The notes below the pieces were generated by a model. It saw only the letters and a list, made by a program, of their open reading frames with translations. It had not been told where the DNA came from and did no database searches. A program made the translations under genes and the position numbers. A stretch of DNA of 63,739 nucleotides from Aplysia californica (taxonomy: Eukaryota): positions 880,264 through 944,002 of the forward strand of contig NW_004797403.1 in the NCBI RefSeq assembly GCF_000002075.1, in the 5' to 3' direction. Positions 24,962 through 39,697 of the stretch are shown one piece after another; position 1 is the stretch's first letter, and the number at the start of each line of letters is the position of its first letter.

Positions 24962-26304
24962 TCCTTCTTTTTGTAAACCACTCCACCATGTGTTTGTGAC
25001 TTCAGTGACAGACACAGCAGATTGTGATATGAACTTTGAGGAGTGCTTGATGTTCGTTGGTTGTGGGACGCCAACAAAATGGATTGGTAGAAATATCCTG
25101 TGATAATGAACGGGGAGTCATGGCTCCGACAAACTGTGACGTCAGACCAATAAAGCAAGGATGGTCCACGGAAGGATACACACGACAGGAGCCTGCTTTT
25201 CAGATTCCTGATGAAATGGGATTCGTGTCCAGAAGTACGCTCATGATGTGATTGCACTTGTTCAACGTTCCTCTATTTTTCAAAAAATGTTATTTGCTCT
25301 GTCTTGTCAACATCACTGTTCTATGAATTATTTGATTGATCCCCCCCTACTACAAAGTATTTGATTGTTTGTTCACCATGGCCTTGGTATAAAGGATTTC
25401 ATTGGGACGTTTACGAACCTCTTTCTATGAAGTGTTTCATCAATGGTCTATTTACAATCGTATTTCATTGGAGTATGTAATTCGTTTTGATTTCGAAATG
25501 CCTCTAAATGTAAGCACACATTTTTCTTTGGCGTCATATTAGATACAGTGGTTTGGCTTTTGTTGAAAGTTTGTTAATGCTTTCTTCTTTATGCTCACTG
25601 TTTATTTTGCTCTTCATTGTAATATTGCTTAATGGGGGGGGGGGGGGGGTTCGTTTTGGTTTCACTGTTTTTTGTACTTACATAAAATTGTTGTATCCAT
25701 AAATAAGTTGTTTTTAAATTCGCAAAAGAAATTGTTTCTTTTAGGGCGATAAACTCCTGTTTTATTCATTTGTTCTTTCGTTCCTTTTTTCTTTATCTAT
25801 TTAAAACATGTAATGAGCAGAGGAGAGAAAGGTCGGAAGAGGGAGGGGACATTGGGCGTGAGGATTTTTTGAGAGAGCTAATTGCTGTGTATCTTTGTTG
25901 TCGGTTATTTTCAAGATTAATCAAAACAATCTGAAGTATTTGTTTCCTATCGGTGTTTTGCTTTGTTTTGCTTTTTTCTTTGCTACATAATCATGCCACT
26001 GCTCTATGGACTCAGACGTTTTTTGGGTTTTTTTTATTTTGTTGTTGTTTATTTTAGAGTAACTTGTAGTCTTTTGTAATTCTATTACTGTCGTCTGTTT
26101 TATAAAACGCATATACAAAAGTGCGGATCCGTGCTTTCGTTTTGTGCACCAATTAATGTTTCAGTATTTTGCCTGCATCTGCTGGAACTAAGCCACATCG
26201 CATCTTAAGATCTGGAGCGTGCGAAAAAACCAAGACAGTTGTTTCCTTATAGTAATATTCATTATATTATTATTCTTGAATTTTAAGCTACTGACATAAT
26301 ATTT

Positions 26305-26746
26305 GTGAGGAATCGTGGTGAAATCAGGCGCTCATCAAAATAATGAAAAAGAAGAAAACAGCATTTTTCTTCCCATTTGGCAATTTTCATGGAATTTTTT
26401 ATTTTTTGGCACAACCCTTTATGTCCATGTTAAAACACATTGCTGTGTGGCCTTTACTGGAAAGCGTTGAATAAAGTCATAAAATACATACATTTACAGT
26501 TTCCATTGACTCTTACACGTTGAAAGTCGCCAAACTTTGGCGGCCATTTCCTCTCAAATTTTATTTCTGAAACCAAGTGACTCAACCCGCTTCAATTCGA
26601 AAAATCTCGACTTCTATTGAAAATAGAATCTAGATGGATAATATCTTTTCATTGAAAGCAAGACAAATGAACAAGATTTAAGATGATACCAATAACTCTG
26701 TATGCCCAAAAATTGGCGAGAGCCTGATTCCACCGCGTTGGGACAC
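26305..26746. mobile_element. Sola1-like MITE (AWWT TSD), copy A
   Basis: ATTT|gtgaggaatcgtggtgaaatcaggc...gcctgattccaccgcgttgggacac|ATTT. Confidence 0.75.
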
Positions 26747-27139
26747 ATTTTTGTTAGGCTTGTCTTGAGAGTTATTTCTCATGTCATTTGTGCACTTTTT
26801 AAAAAGGTCAGTCTACCACAAACATAGATATTACGTTTTTGTGTTTTTATTAAATCACTCTTGTTTAGAATGTTTTAATGCAGCTAAATGTTATAAGAAG
26901 TTTTATGATATGTGAAAGACCCCAGTATTTTCAGTTTTTCTCTCTATGTCCCCAAAAGTTTGCTTGTTTTTCGGGCTTGCTGTCTTTGTCTCCTTTTTCA
27001 CATTCTTTGCGCTCGTTGTTCCGTCTGTAGAAACTGTTTTTGGTATACGAGGTAACATATTAATATTTTTAACACGGGTTTGCAATCGCAGACTTCAGAA
27101 CAATGATAGTGTCACAGCACAGTACAAACAGGCGCTCCT

Positions 27140-27520
27140 ATCGTTGGGCTAAAAGAGTTACTGGTATAATCTTAAAGCGTGCTCTTTAATTTGCCTTGTT
27201 TTTGATGAAAACATATTCTTCTGCCTTGAATAGAAGTCGAGATATTTACGACGAGTGGCGGGTCACCGGGTGTCAGAGGTAACATTTGCGAGAAAATGAT
27301 TGCCAAAGTTTGGTGACTTCTAAAGCTGTAGTGTCCTTGGAAATTGTAAATTTACATTTTTTAATGCCTTTTAGCAACCTTATTTAGTAAAAATACTACG
27401 CGGAAATATGTTTTTCAATAGACCTAGATCTAAAAGGTGCTGTACGAAAAAATTGACAAAAATTGCTCAACGGGCGGAATATTATTTTGACGAGCGCCTG
27501 ATTTCATCACGATGCCTCAT
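27140..27520. mobile_element. Sola1-like MITE, copy B (partial, inverted relative to A)
   Basis: Ends ttttgacgagcgcctgatttcatcacgatgcctca. The interior aligns to the reverse complement of copy A. Confidence 0.65.
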
Positions 27521-29131
27521 AGCTAGTTTTTTAGCATGCGTTAAATGTCTACGCCGCAGCAAAATGATGTTCCTTAAAAACTGATATACTTTGCCTATTC
27601 TACGTTCTTTCATTCACCTAAGCATACATTATTCATTCATAGTTCGCTACCCTAAAAGTACTAAATTCTATCTGCTCAGTTCCAAGTTTCGAGCAATTTG
27701 ACGTTAAAAATTTTCAAACGTATCAAACATTTTCCAACATCATTCTTTGAATATCTTTATAACGACTCCAAATAATCTGACAATTTTGATAGAGCAGATA
27801 GAAAATTTAGTTTTTGACCCTGTAATCTTAGTACATGTAACTCAAAACGACCAAAAATGTTAAATAGCGGTTTGTTATTGTAAGGTAACGATTTGTTCAT
27901 GGTGGATACTGTGGCATTTATGTTTAAATTCCCATCAAATTTTATCTTGTAAATATCACAAAAGCATTTCTATATGGGCATTATCCACGTACAGTAAAGT
28001 GTATCAATGTTGCATACCGTATAAAAAAAATAATGTAATAATATCATTATGCACCATGGCTCTGCATGGAAAGAGGAAAAGAAACCACAAGTCGGACAGG
28101 GATTCAGATATTTTGTTATACAGTAGTTGCATACCGAGCGCTGCAAGCAGTAAAGCTTTAGGTGCTTAAATGAAGTGATTGAAAGAGGAAACGGAAACGC
28201 AGAATCGTGAGGCGGCACCCCCCCCCCCCCAAATCCATCACCTATATTGTACTCTGTTGCTCTGTTTTGTTACACACACACACACACACGCGCGCGCGCA
28301 CACACACATGCATACATACACACATATACAAATACACATACACAGTNNNNNNNNNNNNNNNNNNNNNNNNNNNNNNNNNNNNNNNNNNNNNNNNNNNNNN
28401 NNNNNNNNNNNNNNNNNNNNNNNNNNNNNNNNNNNNNNNNNNNNNNNNNNNNNNNNNNNNNNNNNNNNNNNNNNNCATAAATACACAATACGTAAAGACA
28501 GTGTTTAGATTTGGCATATACGTAAGTTATTCATCTATCCATGTTTTCCCTCTAGTCTCTATCATCTCTTCAATGATAAGTAGCCACCTGAAGTGTTCTT
28601 TCTGGTCTAAGTCGATGGAGCACAAGGATGACCTATTACATTTTGTTCATGATCCGCCTACAGTAAATGTTATCCAACTAATGTGCCTCTATATAAAGAC
28701 TACACTACCTGTATTTCTTTCTGTTATAACTCCGTTGAGCACTGAACTATGACGTCATTTCGAGCGCGATGAATTTTTTTTAAAAACAATGGATGCAACT
28801 GGAATACGCTATGCTGTTATGTTACCTGAGCATATAACGTGTGTGTGTGTGTGGAGGGGGGGGGGGGTATCTTATTTCAGANNNNNNNNNNNNNNNNNNN
28901 NNNNNNNNNNNNNNNNNNNNNNNNNNNNNNNNNNNNNNNNNNNNNNNNNNNNNNNNNNNNNNNNNNNNNNNNNNNNNNNNNNNNNNNNNNNNNNNNNNNN
29001 NNNNNNNNNNNNNNNNNNNNNNGGGCTACTTGTAAAAAGAAGGGGGTGGTGTGCACATGTACTTTGATGTCTATTTTTTTTCTCTCCCTTTCACCCAATC
29101 TCACACTTAACCCCTCCTTCCCCTGTCCTAC

Positions 29132-29225
<94 letters not shown>

Positions 29226-32200
29226 ATCCCTTTTCTTGCATATTTTACGCCATGAGCGTTCATCCTCGTTAGTTTCGTGACTTATACGTATAATTATTGT
29301 TTCGTAAATACTCACGTGACATCAGTTTACTACAAGTCTTTCCTGTGCATATGTATGGCTCGGTAGGGGCTTCTAATTAAAAAAAAGACACCAAAATGTC
29401 AGTCTCTACTTGGTTTTCTTCATTGTTTCGCAGAAGGAACTGACGACACTTTTATGGTTGTCCGTCGTATTATTTGAATGCAATACATGTTTCTGTAGTC
29501 CGCTCGTACAATCTCAAAAACGTGTCTTTTACATTGAAATGTACTATCGACTGTATCTTTTCTGTCGCTAACACTTCGCTCGTTTTTGCAAATACATGTA
29601 ATACTATTTATTTCATGTTTGTGTGTATTGAGCTTTCAAATTTTGAGCAATTTTGATCAAACGAGTTCACTTCTCTTATGTGAAAAGAAAAATGATCTCA
29701 AGATTTCGGTACGGTTTAAGGCCTTCAGCTTCACTCCTGGATATCCAATCAGTTTTCGGTCAAAAACGAAAAGTGAATTATTCTTGATTCTCCTATGGCA
29801 TTCTGGGGCCAACTCTCAACACAAGCGAATCGAGAAACTTCTGCTCACCTATTTTGTTCTTCTTTTACTCTTTGTGCCGTTCTTGCGACAATGGTAACAT
29901 TTGCATGCACAGTTTATTGATTATTTATTGCTATTTTGTCCCGAACGCATGCATGTACAAATTTTCTCTATATAATTAATGTATGCTTTGTAAATCAGTA
30001 TATTTCATATATTTTTATACTTTTGAAAACTTCAGCAAACGTCTGGTTTCTCTGGCCGAAAGCTGAAAGATGGAAGGCTTTTGCAGTTTTGGTTTTTTAC
30101 ATTACCGGGTCTTGTTACAGACCTGGGAATTCAGGATGAAGTCCTTTTTAGCTTAACTCTAGGTTATATATGGTGAGAATTTAATCGTTTTGTACAACAC
30201 GTCAGGTAATTAGTAACTGTACTGTAACAAGATGGCCCACCCCTCTCTTTGGTGTTCCTAAAAAGGACATCCTTAAAAATGTAAAGTTTCCATAATTTAT
30301 AATATTATTTTTCGGGGACTGATGTATCTTGTATAAGCTTTTAAAAAATGGGATCGAAAATTGCTTTTAAATACTTCTCTTTTATAAACGAAACAAAACT
30401 AATGGTTTTCTCTAGCCCGAAGGAGACTTTGAATGCTTTGTGCTTAGATTTTCCAGTAGGTATGTGTTAGAGAGAGAACCATAATCAATGTATTATGTTA
30501 TTCTAGGTTACTCAAAAAGTTGTCACGTGATTGTATAAGAGGGCACTGGCGGCCATACAGACAAAAGTAAGGGAAATGATTTAGTACTGTTCTGGTAACT
30601 GGTTCTGCTTGATCATGATCAACTGTGGACTATTGCAACCAAACAAAAACGTCTGGTTCCCCTTTTGTCAATATTAATACCATAAGTTACTAAACTTTCC
30701 TCCACAAAATCAGTTTAATTCACATGTCTATGAGTGTCGTTTCCAGTTGTGAAATAATGTACCGAAAGCCTTTCCAAATAACATAATGTACTTTTGCACG
30801 GATGTCTTTCAATATCTGCGCATTATTTTGTCACGAATGGTTGTGTTTTCTTTCACGTTCATTCCCTTTTTGTTTCTTTGTTTGTTTGTTTGTTTCTTTG
30901 TGTGTTTGTGTGTCTGTCTGTTTCAACTCTTTGACTCTTTGCTCATGTCGATCAATACACCTTGCTCAGAATATTATTACTTGGCATTTGTTGAACTTAA
31001 GACTTGATTCGGATAACACAAGAGAAACAAGTTTGAATCTGACGAGCACGGAACATTTTGCACGTGACAGTCAATGTTTATGAAAAGCTTTGCGTGACTG
31101 TAAAAGAATCATTGTGTCCGTGAGTACTTGGTAGAGAGACAGTGAAGAAATATGGCCTAGAATCTCTGTCAGTACTTGGTCATAATTCCGTGAGTGAACA
31201 AAAACGTTTTAACGTCACTACTGTTGTTGATATATTATTATTATTATGGATGCATTCTCAAGCCTGTGGTCGTGATCTGGTTTTTGTAACCCAATCATCC
31301 CATTGATTGTGATTTATTTGAATCGATGCCTTTTGCACTGGCTCTTACTTGCCCATATTGTGTTGACTACACCGAGGAACGATAGGCCTCTATCTGTTAA
31401 AGAAGAACATGCGCACCCTAGCGACGAACTGCAGGTATCTTAGCAAACGCTTGAAATGCGCAGTATCTATTCGGAGACGTCTTCGATGGATATAGACAAA
31501 TCAAAATGCTGTGTGCCTCTAGACCAAGTTAAAAATAATCGGGGGNNNNNNNNNNNNNNNNNNNNNNNNNNNNNNNNNNNNNNNNNNNNNNNNNNNNNNN
31601 NNNNNNNNNNNNNNNNNNNNNNNNNNNNNNNNNNNNNNNNNNNNNNNNNNNNNNNNNNNNNNNNNNNNNNNNNNNNNNNNNNNNNNNNNNNNNNNNNNNN
31701 NNNNNNNNNNNNNNNNNNNNNNNNNNNNNNNNNNNNNNNNNNNNNNNNNNNNNNNNNNNNNNNNNNNNNNNNNNNNNNNNNNNNNNNNNNNNNNNNNNNN
31801 NNNNNNNNNNNNNNNNNNNNNNNNNNNNNNNNNNNNNNNNNNNNNNNNNNNNNNNNNNNNNNNNNNNNNNNNNNNNNNNNNNNNNNNNNNNNNNNNNNNN
31901 NNNNNNNNNNNNNNNNNNNNNNNNNNNNNNGGCCTTCCTTGTGGTAAAACCAAAGGTGCTTGCTATTTTGTGGTGCATGCATCTTTCAGGGCAACTGTAC
32001 CTACGTTTTGATAACAATTTATCTATTTTTTCGTGGTTCGTGTATATAATAATAATATCCTTAACAGCGTGGGGTTGGGGTTGGGTTTTTTAGAAAATCA
32101 GTTTCCCTTACTTCAAGTGTTAAATAACAAACTGAAATGAGAGAGTAAGCGAGGAGTAAACCAAGGATAATAGGCTGAGTACAAAAGAGACAACAATACA

Positions 32201-35200
32201 ACCATCTGCACTCAAGCACAAACACCTACACACTCAAGTGTGAAGACACACGTCTAAAAATCGAAATGAAAAAGTACAAATTAAAAGTTGCCTTTCGTAG
32301 CAGCAGATATATCAAAGGGGTCGTCTCTTTTGTCCCTTCGTTCTTCTCTGGGTTTAGTCTATATGCCCAGGATTGTTTGATTTTTTACGACACACAATCC
32401 TCAGAAACCACCTCCCTCTAAAGGATTCGACTTTCGCACAACGCCCCCCCCCCCCTTTCCTTAAACAATTAGCTTTATTCAACGTCCCACATTGTCACCC
32501 ATTCCATTTTTTTTTTTTTTTTTGGTCTCTTGTGAAACAGAATCGATACTGTTTTGTGATATTATATGTCAGCGACAGCTTTTGCACAATACCTCTCCAA
32601 CACTTCAGTTGTAAGAATTACTAATAAATGCTCACAACTTGTCACAGTCCGCAGAGATTGGTGGCCACGTTAAGTTTTTTTGTTTTTGTTTTTTTAACTT
32701 GGGGGGGGGGGGTGGTCGGGATTTTTGTTCTCTCTAATCTATATTTCCGTTTATTGTATCCCCCACCCCCACCCCCGTTTTCCTCTTCTTTTTTTTTCTT
32801 AAAATCAAACCTATTCGTTGCTCATCCATGCCATTTACCACGTTTATATTTTGATAACTGCCTCTACTTCATCATCATGATGCTAGCAAGATGCTGTATA
32901 AGCGTCCTCATATCTTTCACACTGCGGTTGTTCCAGCCATTCCTTTCTCCTTGTTACAGTGTTATTGTTATTTCTCTCTACTCTCATGCATGGCCAGCGC
33001 ATCTTCTGGGCAGTCAATGCCTGAATATACCATAAAACTGTGTCATACGTCATTAAGTAAGGTACTTGTATATTTTTATCCATGCATTGTATACAAATAA
33101 TATGTTTTCGACGTTTTGTTGATGTCGGTTATCTATATTCCTATCTTGTACAAATTTAAATAACCTTTTCGGTGTAGCTTATGTCACTGTCTTTTTTGTA
33201 TGCATCTAGAGTTCTTCATGGTTTAGATGTCAACGGAAACATGAGTATTTAAGGTTACCTTACCAAACTGAATCGATCAATTTTTGTTTTCGTGTATAAC
33301 AGTAGATCTATATCTTTGAAGTGGTTGGGGTTGGGGGTTTTTTGGTCATGTTTATGGGAGATTCTTTCATTCTTTTGATTTTCTGGAAATGAATCATTGT
33401 TTTGGCTACAAGACCTCCACTGCTCCATGTGTAATCTATAATTTAGAAAGTCAGTTTTCTAATAGACCAACAAAGTGTCACGTTTTACACGCAAGACAGT
33501 AAGTCAAAAGTGTGAAAGAGAAAGAGAAAAAAAATATGGGGAAACATTGATGCATACTTTCTTGTCTCTCCAGTAAAAGACAAAAAGGGTATACGGTTCA
33601 TAGAAAGGATTGATAAGTATATTGTTTATTGTACTTTTGTGGAAATACTCTAGCCAAGATGAGTTGCTCAAATTTCTCTCAACTCCATCAAACAGCCTCT
33701 GGTTTCCCTTCTCACGCTTCATGAACCAAAGTTATTTGTAGAAAAAACAACACCACCTGATACGAAACACTTTCTTGATTTCTTTCTATTGATCGATTTG
33801 TTTTTCACTGACACTCATGATACATGAATATTATAAATGATTATTATTTTAGAATATTTGGTATATACTCACGTCTTCGTTTGGGGTAAATTTCTGTTAC
33901 AGAGCAACATATCTTATTATTATAAGGATTTTGTTGATTTTTTTTTTTGTCTCGGCTGAATTTCGTAGCCATGATTCATCATTGTCGTATGCCAAAAGAC
34001 GAGGTTTAATGGAGAAAAAACAACCCTTTTTCGGTTCTGGACGTAATCGTAAAACGAAGTGTTTGATTCGTATTGATCCGTTGTCAATGTTTTTAAATGA
34101 ATGAGACTAAGACTAATCGACGCGCCTCATCGAACTCTACAAAGTGCTTGATTTTAGTTAATTTATTATTTATGTTCCATGATGGCGACAATTTGAGGGC
34201 AAAATACTGCAAAATAATTTATTGAATTCAAAATACAAAGACAAAGTGTAAAGAGGTTTTTCGCGTGCTTTTTTTCATCGCAAATAATTCACTTGCCTTT
34301 GATTAAACTTTGTGCGAAAAAATCTGGAAATTATCAAAATAACTGAGAAGTTTCTAATTTTCTTGTCTTAACCGTCGAGATTTACAGTAATCATGTCAAT
34401 AGTCAAGATTATATTTTAGCTTTGCCCCAAATACATTTCTACTAAATCTCCAACTCACCCATCCTTAATACTGTTGCCAGAGTCAATGTCAATTATGCCG
34501 CAATGAAAACCTTTCTTAAACCTACTATGTATATTTTTCTCTGATTGTTAGCATACTGCAATCACTCAAGCATGTAACATAATAGTAAGATGGAACGGAT
34601 GCTAGTGGAAGCGGAGTTTTTTTTTTTTTTTTTTTTTTCTTCATGTAGTTGTCAGGGGCAAAGAACAAACCTACATTAACATTGCTAGGATCCACATGCC
34701 CTAGCCAGTGCGCTAGTTTCTGTTGGGTTATAATTGAAGCTTACTCTGTGCTATTGTGGCCAGTAATAATTATCGAACGTTCTAATGGTGATGTTACCGT
34801 AATTTGCGTTTTCTTCAACCTTGATAGAATAAAACAAAATATTATCCATCATTAGGAATCTTACCCCTATAATTCAAGCGACGAAATCCTTTTTAAAAAT
34901 AATTAAATAGCCTTATAGCATGTCGTTTTCAAAAAGGCAGTCATAATTATTCTGCACGTTGTATTTTTTTTTCCGAATGCTTATTATTAATCTAAAAATA
35001 AACGTTATGCATAGCTCCCTTGAAACGGACGAAAACTTGGAGGGTGGGGAGGGGGGGGTGGTAGTAGGTCGTCCGGCAGTTCTTTAATAAAATGTGATGA
35101 TTGATTTTATGTGCGCACATTACTTTTATCATGCTCACTTGTTCCTTCTTTGAAACAGTTTCACGTGAGGGCTAACGCCTTATTATAAGTTATAACCTAA

Positions 35201-36490
35201 TCTGAGATGTCGAAAATCAAAATCTGAAACGTTTCGAAATACCTGTAGAATAGATCATTACGAAACGATATTATGCCCCCGAGCTATGGGTTACAATGCT
35301 GGGGCATTGGTTTGTCGTAATAATGGGGAAAGGGAAAGGGGGAAGGAGTGTGATTGTAAACGGGTGGTTGGGGGTTGGGGGTAGGGGGNNNNNNNNNNNN
35401 NNNNNNNNNNNNNNNNNNNNNNNNNNNNNNNNNNNNNNNNNNNNNNNNNNNNNNNNNNNNNNNNNNNNNNNNNNNNNNNNNNNNNNNNNNNNNNNNNNNN
35501 NNNNNNNNNNNNNNNNNNNNNNNNNNNNNNNNNNNNNNNNNNNNNNNNNNNNNNNNNNNNNNNNNNNNNNNNNNNNNNNNNNNNNNNNNNNNNNNNNNNN
35601 NNNNNNNNNNNNNNNNNNNNNNNNNNNNNNNNNNNNNNNNNNNNNNNNNNNNNNNNNNNNNNNNNNNNNNNNNNNNNNNNNNNNNNNNNNNNNNNNNNNN
35701 NNNNNNNNNNNNNNNNNNNNNNNNNNNNNNNNNNNNNNNNNNNNNNNNNNNNNNNNNNNNNNNNNNNNNNNNNNNNNNNNNNNNNNNNNNNNNNNNNNNN
35801 NNNNNNNNNNNNNNNNNNNNNNNNNNNNNNNNNNNNNNNNNNNNNNNNNNNNNNNNNNNNNNNNNNNNNNNNNNNNNNNNNNNNNNNNNNNNNNNNNNNN
35901 NNNNNNNNNNNNNNNNNNNNNNNNNNNNNNNNNNNNNNNNNNNNNNNNNNNNNNNNNNNNNNNNNNNNNNNNNNNNNNNNNNNNNTGTGTGTGTGAATGT
36001 GTTTCTGTATGTACGTGTGCGCGCGTGTTTCTGTTGTGTTGTGACAATGCTCTCAATAACATTGGGACATTTTATACTTACAGTGAAATGACACTTTCCA
36101 TGGACATTTTGTTTTGCAAAGAATTAAGGCTATGGCATTTATTTAACGCCCCCTTCAACACTGAAAGATTATTTAACAGGCGGGCCCTCCGATATAAGGA
36201 GTCCATCTCCCGAAAGAGCTTATGCCAGTGAATGGACAGCCATATATAACCCCCCCCCCCCCCCTAAAACCATCGCCAACCCAAATTTTAAAATGCGTCG
36301 TTGAGGACAACTAGCTATCGCATTTGAGCTAACGACACACTGTCAACATAATTATTATCGAGGGAGGAAGACTTGAAACCCTTGCCTATCGGATGGGGCG
36401 AGCTAAGGTGGTATCACTTGCAGTTTAAAGACGGTGCAAACTGTGCCTTGAGACTGCTTCTTTTTTAGTGTTAGGGCATTACAAAATGTA

Positions 36491-38073
36491 TACTCAACTA
36501 CAAAAGAAACGCAACTGATAAACAAAAGAAAAGAAGATAAAGACATTCATTAGTATTTTGTGATTTGATTGATTTTTTGGTCACATTTATTGAAGAGGCT
36601 TCCTCTGTAAGGCTTAACAGTCCCGTTGGAGAGAAAACACGTTGAATTTGCTATGATAAATGAAGCACTTGAGTTAAAGGATATGTCCAAAAGTCGGTGA
36701 TGTCAACTTTGAATCAATAGTGAGTGTACCCGTCATTTGCGTTCACAACATCTAGGCGACTGTTTGGCATTGACCTCACAAGTCTGTGAATGATGACCCT
36801 ATTCACATTTTACACCAATTTGTGTGTTGGCTTGCTGCAGCTGAGGTGCTGTTGTTGGTCTTGGCTGCAAACGATTCAGTTTTCTTTGGATGTGGTCCCA
36901 GTACTGTTTGATAGGGTTGAGGTCTGGGCTCATTGAGGGCCATGGTAGCACCCTGACATTGTTCTGTTGTAAGAAGGCTGCTGTAGCTCTTGCAGTATGG
37001 GGTCGGGCATTGTCTTGCTGGAGGATAAGGTTCGGGTGTTGCTAGAAATGGGGTATGATCACAGGCGCAAGAACCTGTTGGACGTAGCGCTGTGCATTAA
37101 CACTGTTACCTCGACCAGGTCCATTATTTTGGAAAACAACGTGTCCCAAGTGTTGGTTTAGACAGATTGCACCCCAGATCATTATTCTGGGACCACCCAG
37201 TGCATCGACCTGCAGGACGTTGTTGTCAGAAAACCGTTGGTTGGGGCTTATCCACATCTCGATTCTTCCATCTCCTCGACTTACGCAAAAACGGCTTTTG
37301 TCAGTGAATGGGTCATTTCTCCACTGTCACCAGGTCCAGTTCACATGTTGCTTAGTCTACGCCAAACGTTGCTGTTGATGTCTTGCAGTAAGGACTGCAC
37401 GTCTTAAAGGTCGACGACACTGCAGTTGTCCTTCTCGAGGCCGGTGGCGCACAGTCTGGCCTGAAATGGCTCTCCTATGGTTTCCAACGAGATTTCGGGG
37501 CGATTCGGTAGCACACATGAAGCTGTCTCGCAGGTGATTCTTCAGAAGGGCACGGCCTTGGCGTACTGACGTCACTCGTGGTCGACCAGTTCTGTGAGCA
37601 TCACGAGTACTTCCAGTAACTTGAAAACGTCTTTGAAGTCAACATATTGTTGAGACTGACATGCCCGTGGCAACAGAAACATCTGTTAGACTCTCTCCCA
37701 CCTGCAATCTGCCGATAGCCCTTTCTCGGTTTGCTTCGTTGAGTTGTGGCATGGTCGCTAGCTCGAAACACTCGACGGAAGAAAGCGTTACGTCCTGTCA
37801 ATTTATACCCCTCGGTCGGGTGAACACTTCTCAGAGGATAAAAACTACTCACCAACTGGCATGTTTAAGAAAATACTCAGTTTGCACTTTTTTCTTCGCC
37901 GCCATATTGTGACCTCATTTTATACTGTGCGGATTTTTCAGCTTGGTGACATGAGCTCACAACATCACTGAATAAAAAAGGTCGGTCATGGCCTACATTC
38001 TAGCGAATGTGGGTTATTAAACACCAGAGTATTTAAGTAGCTGTATAACTTGCGTAACGTTTGTTCCTGAGTA
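36491..38073 (-). mobile_element. Tc1 (DD34E-type) DNA transposon, near full length, inactive
   Basis: TA TSDs and imperfect TIRs (TACTCAACTACAAAAGAAACGCAA / TACTCAGGAACAAACGTTACGCAA) enclosing a transposase pseudogene. Confidence 0.88.
36714..37752 (-). pseudogene. Tc1 transposase pseudogene
   Basis: MPQLNEANRERAIGRLQVG...TGRPRVTS, FTDKSRF, IMIWGAIC, QQDNARPHTA, WPSMSPDLNPIK, ...GYTHY-stop. Contains internal stops and a third catalytic E changed to K. Confidence 0.9.
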
Positions 38074-38445
38074 TATTTTACGGTTGTGAATACCATAAAG
38101 CGAGACAAAAAGGGGATGGCCTAATTTGGAGGATACATGGACAGAGTCAAGCAACGATGACGATATGCCGTTATAAAACAATGTGTGAAGCAGTGAAAAT
38201 TGTTTCATTCCAGCTTCCTTCTTCTTATCTTTGTAATCGACTCGGTGCCGAGACCTAAAGACTCAGTGTGTTTGAAAAATTAAAAGACAGCTTCTGACAT
38301 TGGCGAAAGCTGACTTGTTTGAAAGAATAATCAAAGTAAGACAAAGAAGCGGGTAGAAATGAGGCCGCACACTGAAGACTTTCCCGCAGTAAGAACATAA
38401 TTAACAAAACTTCTTATTTGAGGCGGCATCACTAAGTTGTGCATT

Positions 38446-38834
38446 GTTTTAGTAAGGTTTCACGGCACTCGCAACTACATAAGGTCATATGAGCCTCAAG
38501 GGGTGGGTGTCAACAGAAAAGTCCAAACGGTGAATCAGACTTACTCTGCTCACCTCTGTAGCCTCAACAGCACAAAGTCTGCTTCGACTATCAAGGCACC
38601 CCGGAAATAACAGTTCTCAAGAGAGTGACAAATATACAAAAGAAGTAGAGAAAAAATGACGATAGTAAGGATGAGGAAAGAAAAAGCAACAGTTCCCCCT
38701 TGTTGTTCCGGCACAGTATGAGCTTGACATTGAAAAATCAGCCCATTTACAATTCGACTGTGCAAAAGAACATGTTACTATCCCCCCTTTGGGAATGGCT
38801 TAAAGGCACTTCAGTTAAAAGCACTGCCTTGGGG
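38446..38834 (-). mobile_element. Retroposon family C fragment (~390 bp) carrying the family-A 3' tail, copy 1
   Basis: Near-duplicate of 39906-40309, runs into an N gap. Confidence 0.7.
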
Positions 38835-39454
38835 NNNNNNNNNNNNNNNNNNNNNNNNNNNNNNNNNNNNNNNNNNNNNNNNNNNNNNNNNNNNNNNNNN
38901 NNNNNNNNNNNNNNNNNNNNNNNNNNNNNNNNNNGGGGGTTATGAATGATTAGAGGTGTGACAAGAGAGTAACAACACACAAAATTGAAGGAGGAGAAAT
39001 AAGGACGTTAGATAATAGATAAGGAACAGACCACAACAGAACACCCGCCACCCACCAACCGTATTTCTGCTACAGAACCAGACCAGGTGGATGTTGAGTC
39101 GTGAAGACTCCTCAAACCAAACATCCCGTGCTCATGGACCTTAAGGACTCGAACTTAGAATGTCTGCACTGTAGTCCACTGAAATGCTAAAAGTGCTTAA
39201 AACCTGAGTAATGTTTAGTTAAAGTGATACTGCACTTGCAACACAATAAGGTTATTACAAGTGCCGAATTATTAAAGGTCTTACATAAGAGACAGGAAGC
39301 TCTTTCTCCTTTCGACGCACTAGAGGTACAAGAGAACAGGTAAAGTAAAGTAAGTACAAGAGAGTAACAAACACGAAAAGGAGAGATTGGGACAATAGAT
39401 GTTTAATTAGAAATAAGGAGCAAACCATAGCCCACCATAGCTCCCGCCAGTCAC

Positions 39455-39649
39455 CTATGTGACATCATCATGAAGTGCCAGATCTGTGACAGACATCGGC
39501 AATCATGGTTATCCATTCATTCCCTTGCTCGGATGCTCTTAACAGGCTACGTTACCCTGACCATTCCCCGTTATCCATCTCTTTGGGACCTCTAAGTAGG
39601 TTTCTCTGGACCAACCCCTGTCTCGTTTGCCTTCAATTTTGCCTGTGAA

Positions 39650-39697
<48 letters not shown>

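Noticed and set aside
33504-33722. 72-aa minus-strand ORF in the intergenic region
   Set aside because: No recognisable domain, splice signals or partner exons.
539-38980. Numerous long ORFs containing X runs
   Set aside because: They are open only because N gaps contain no stop codons; there is no coding evidence.
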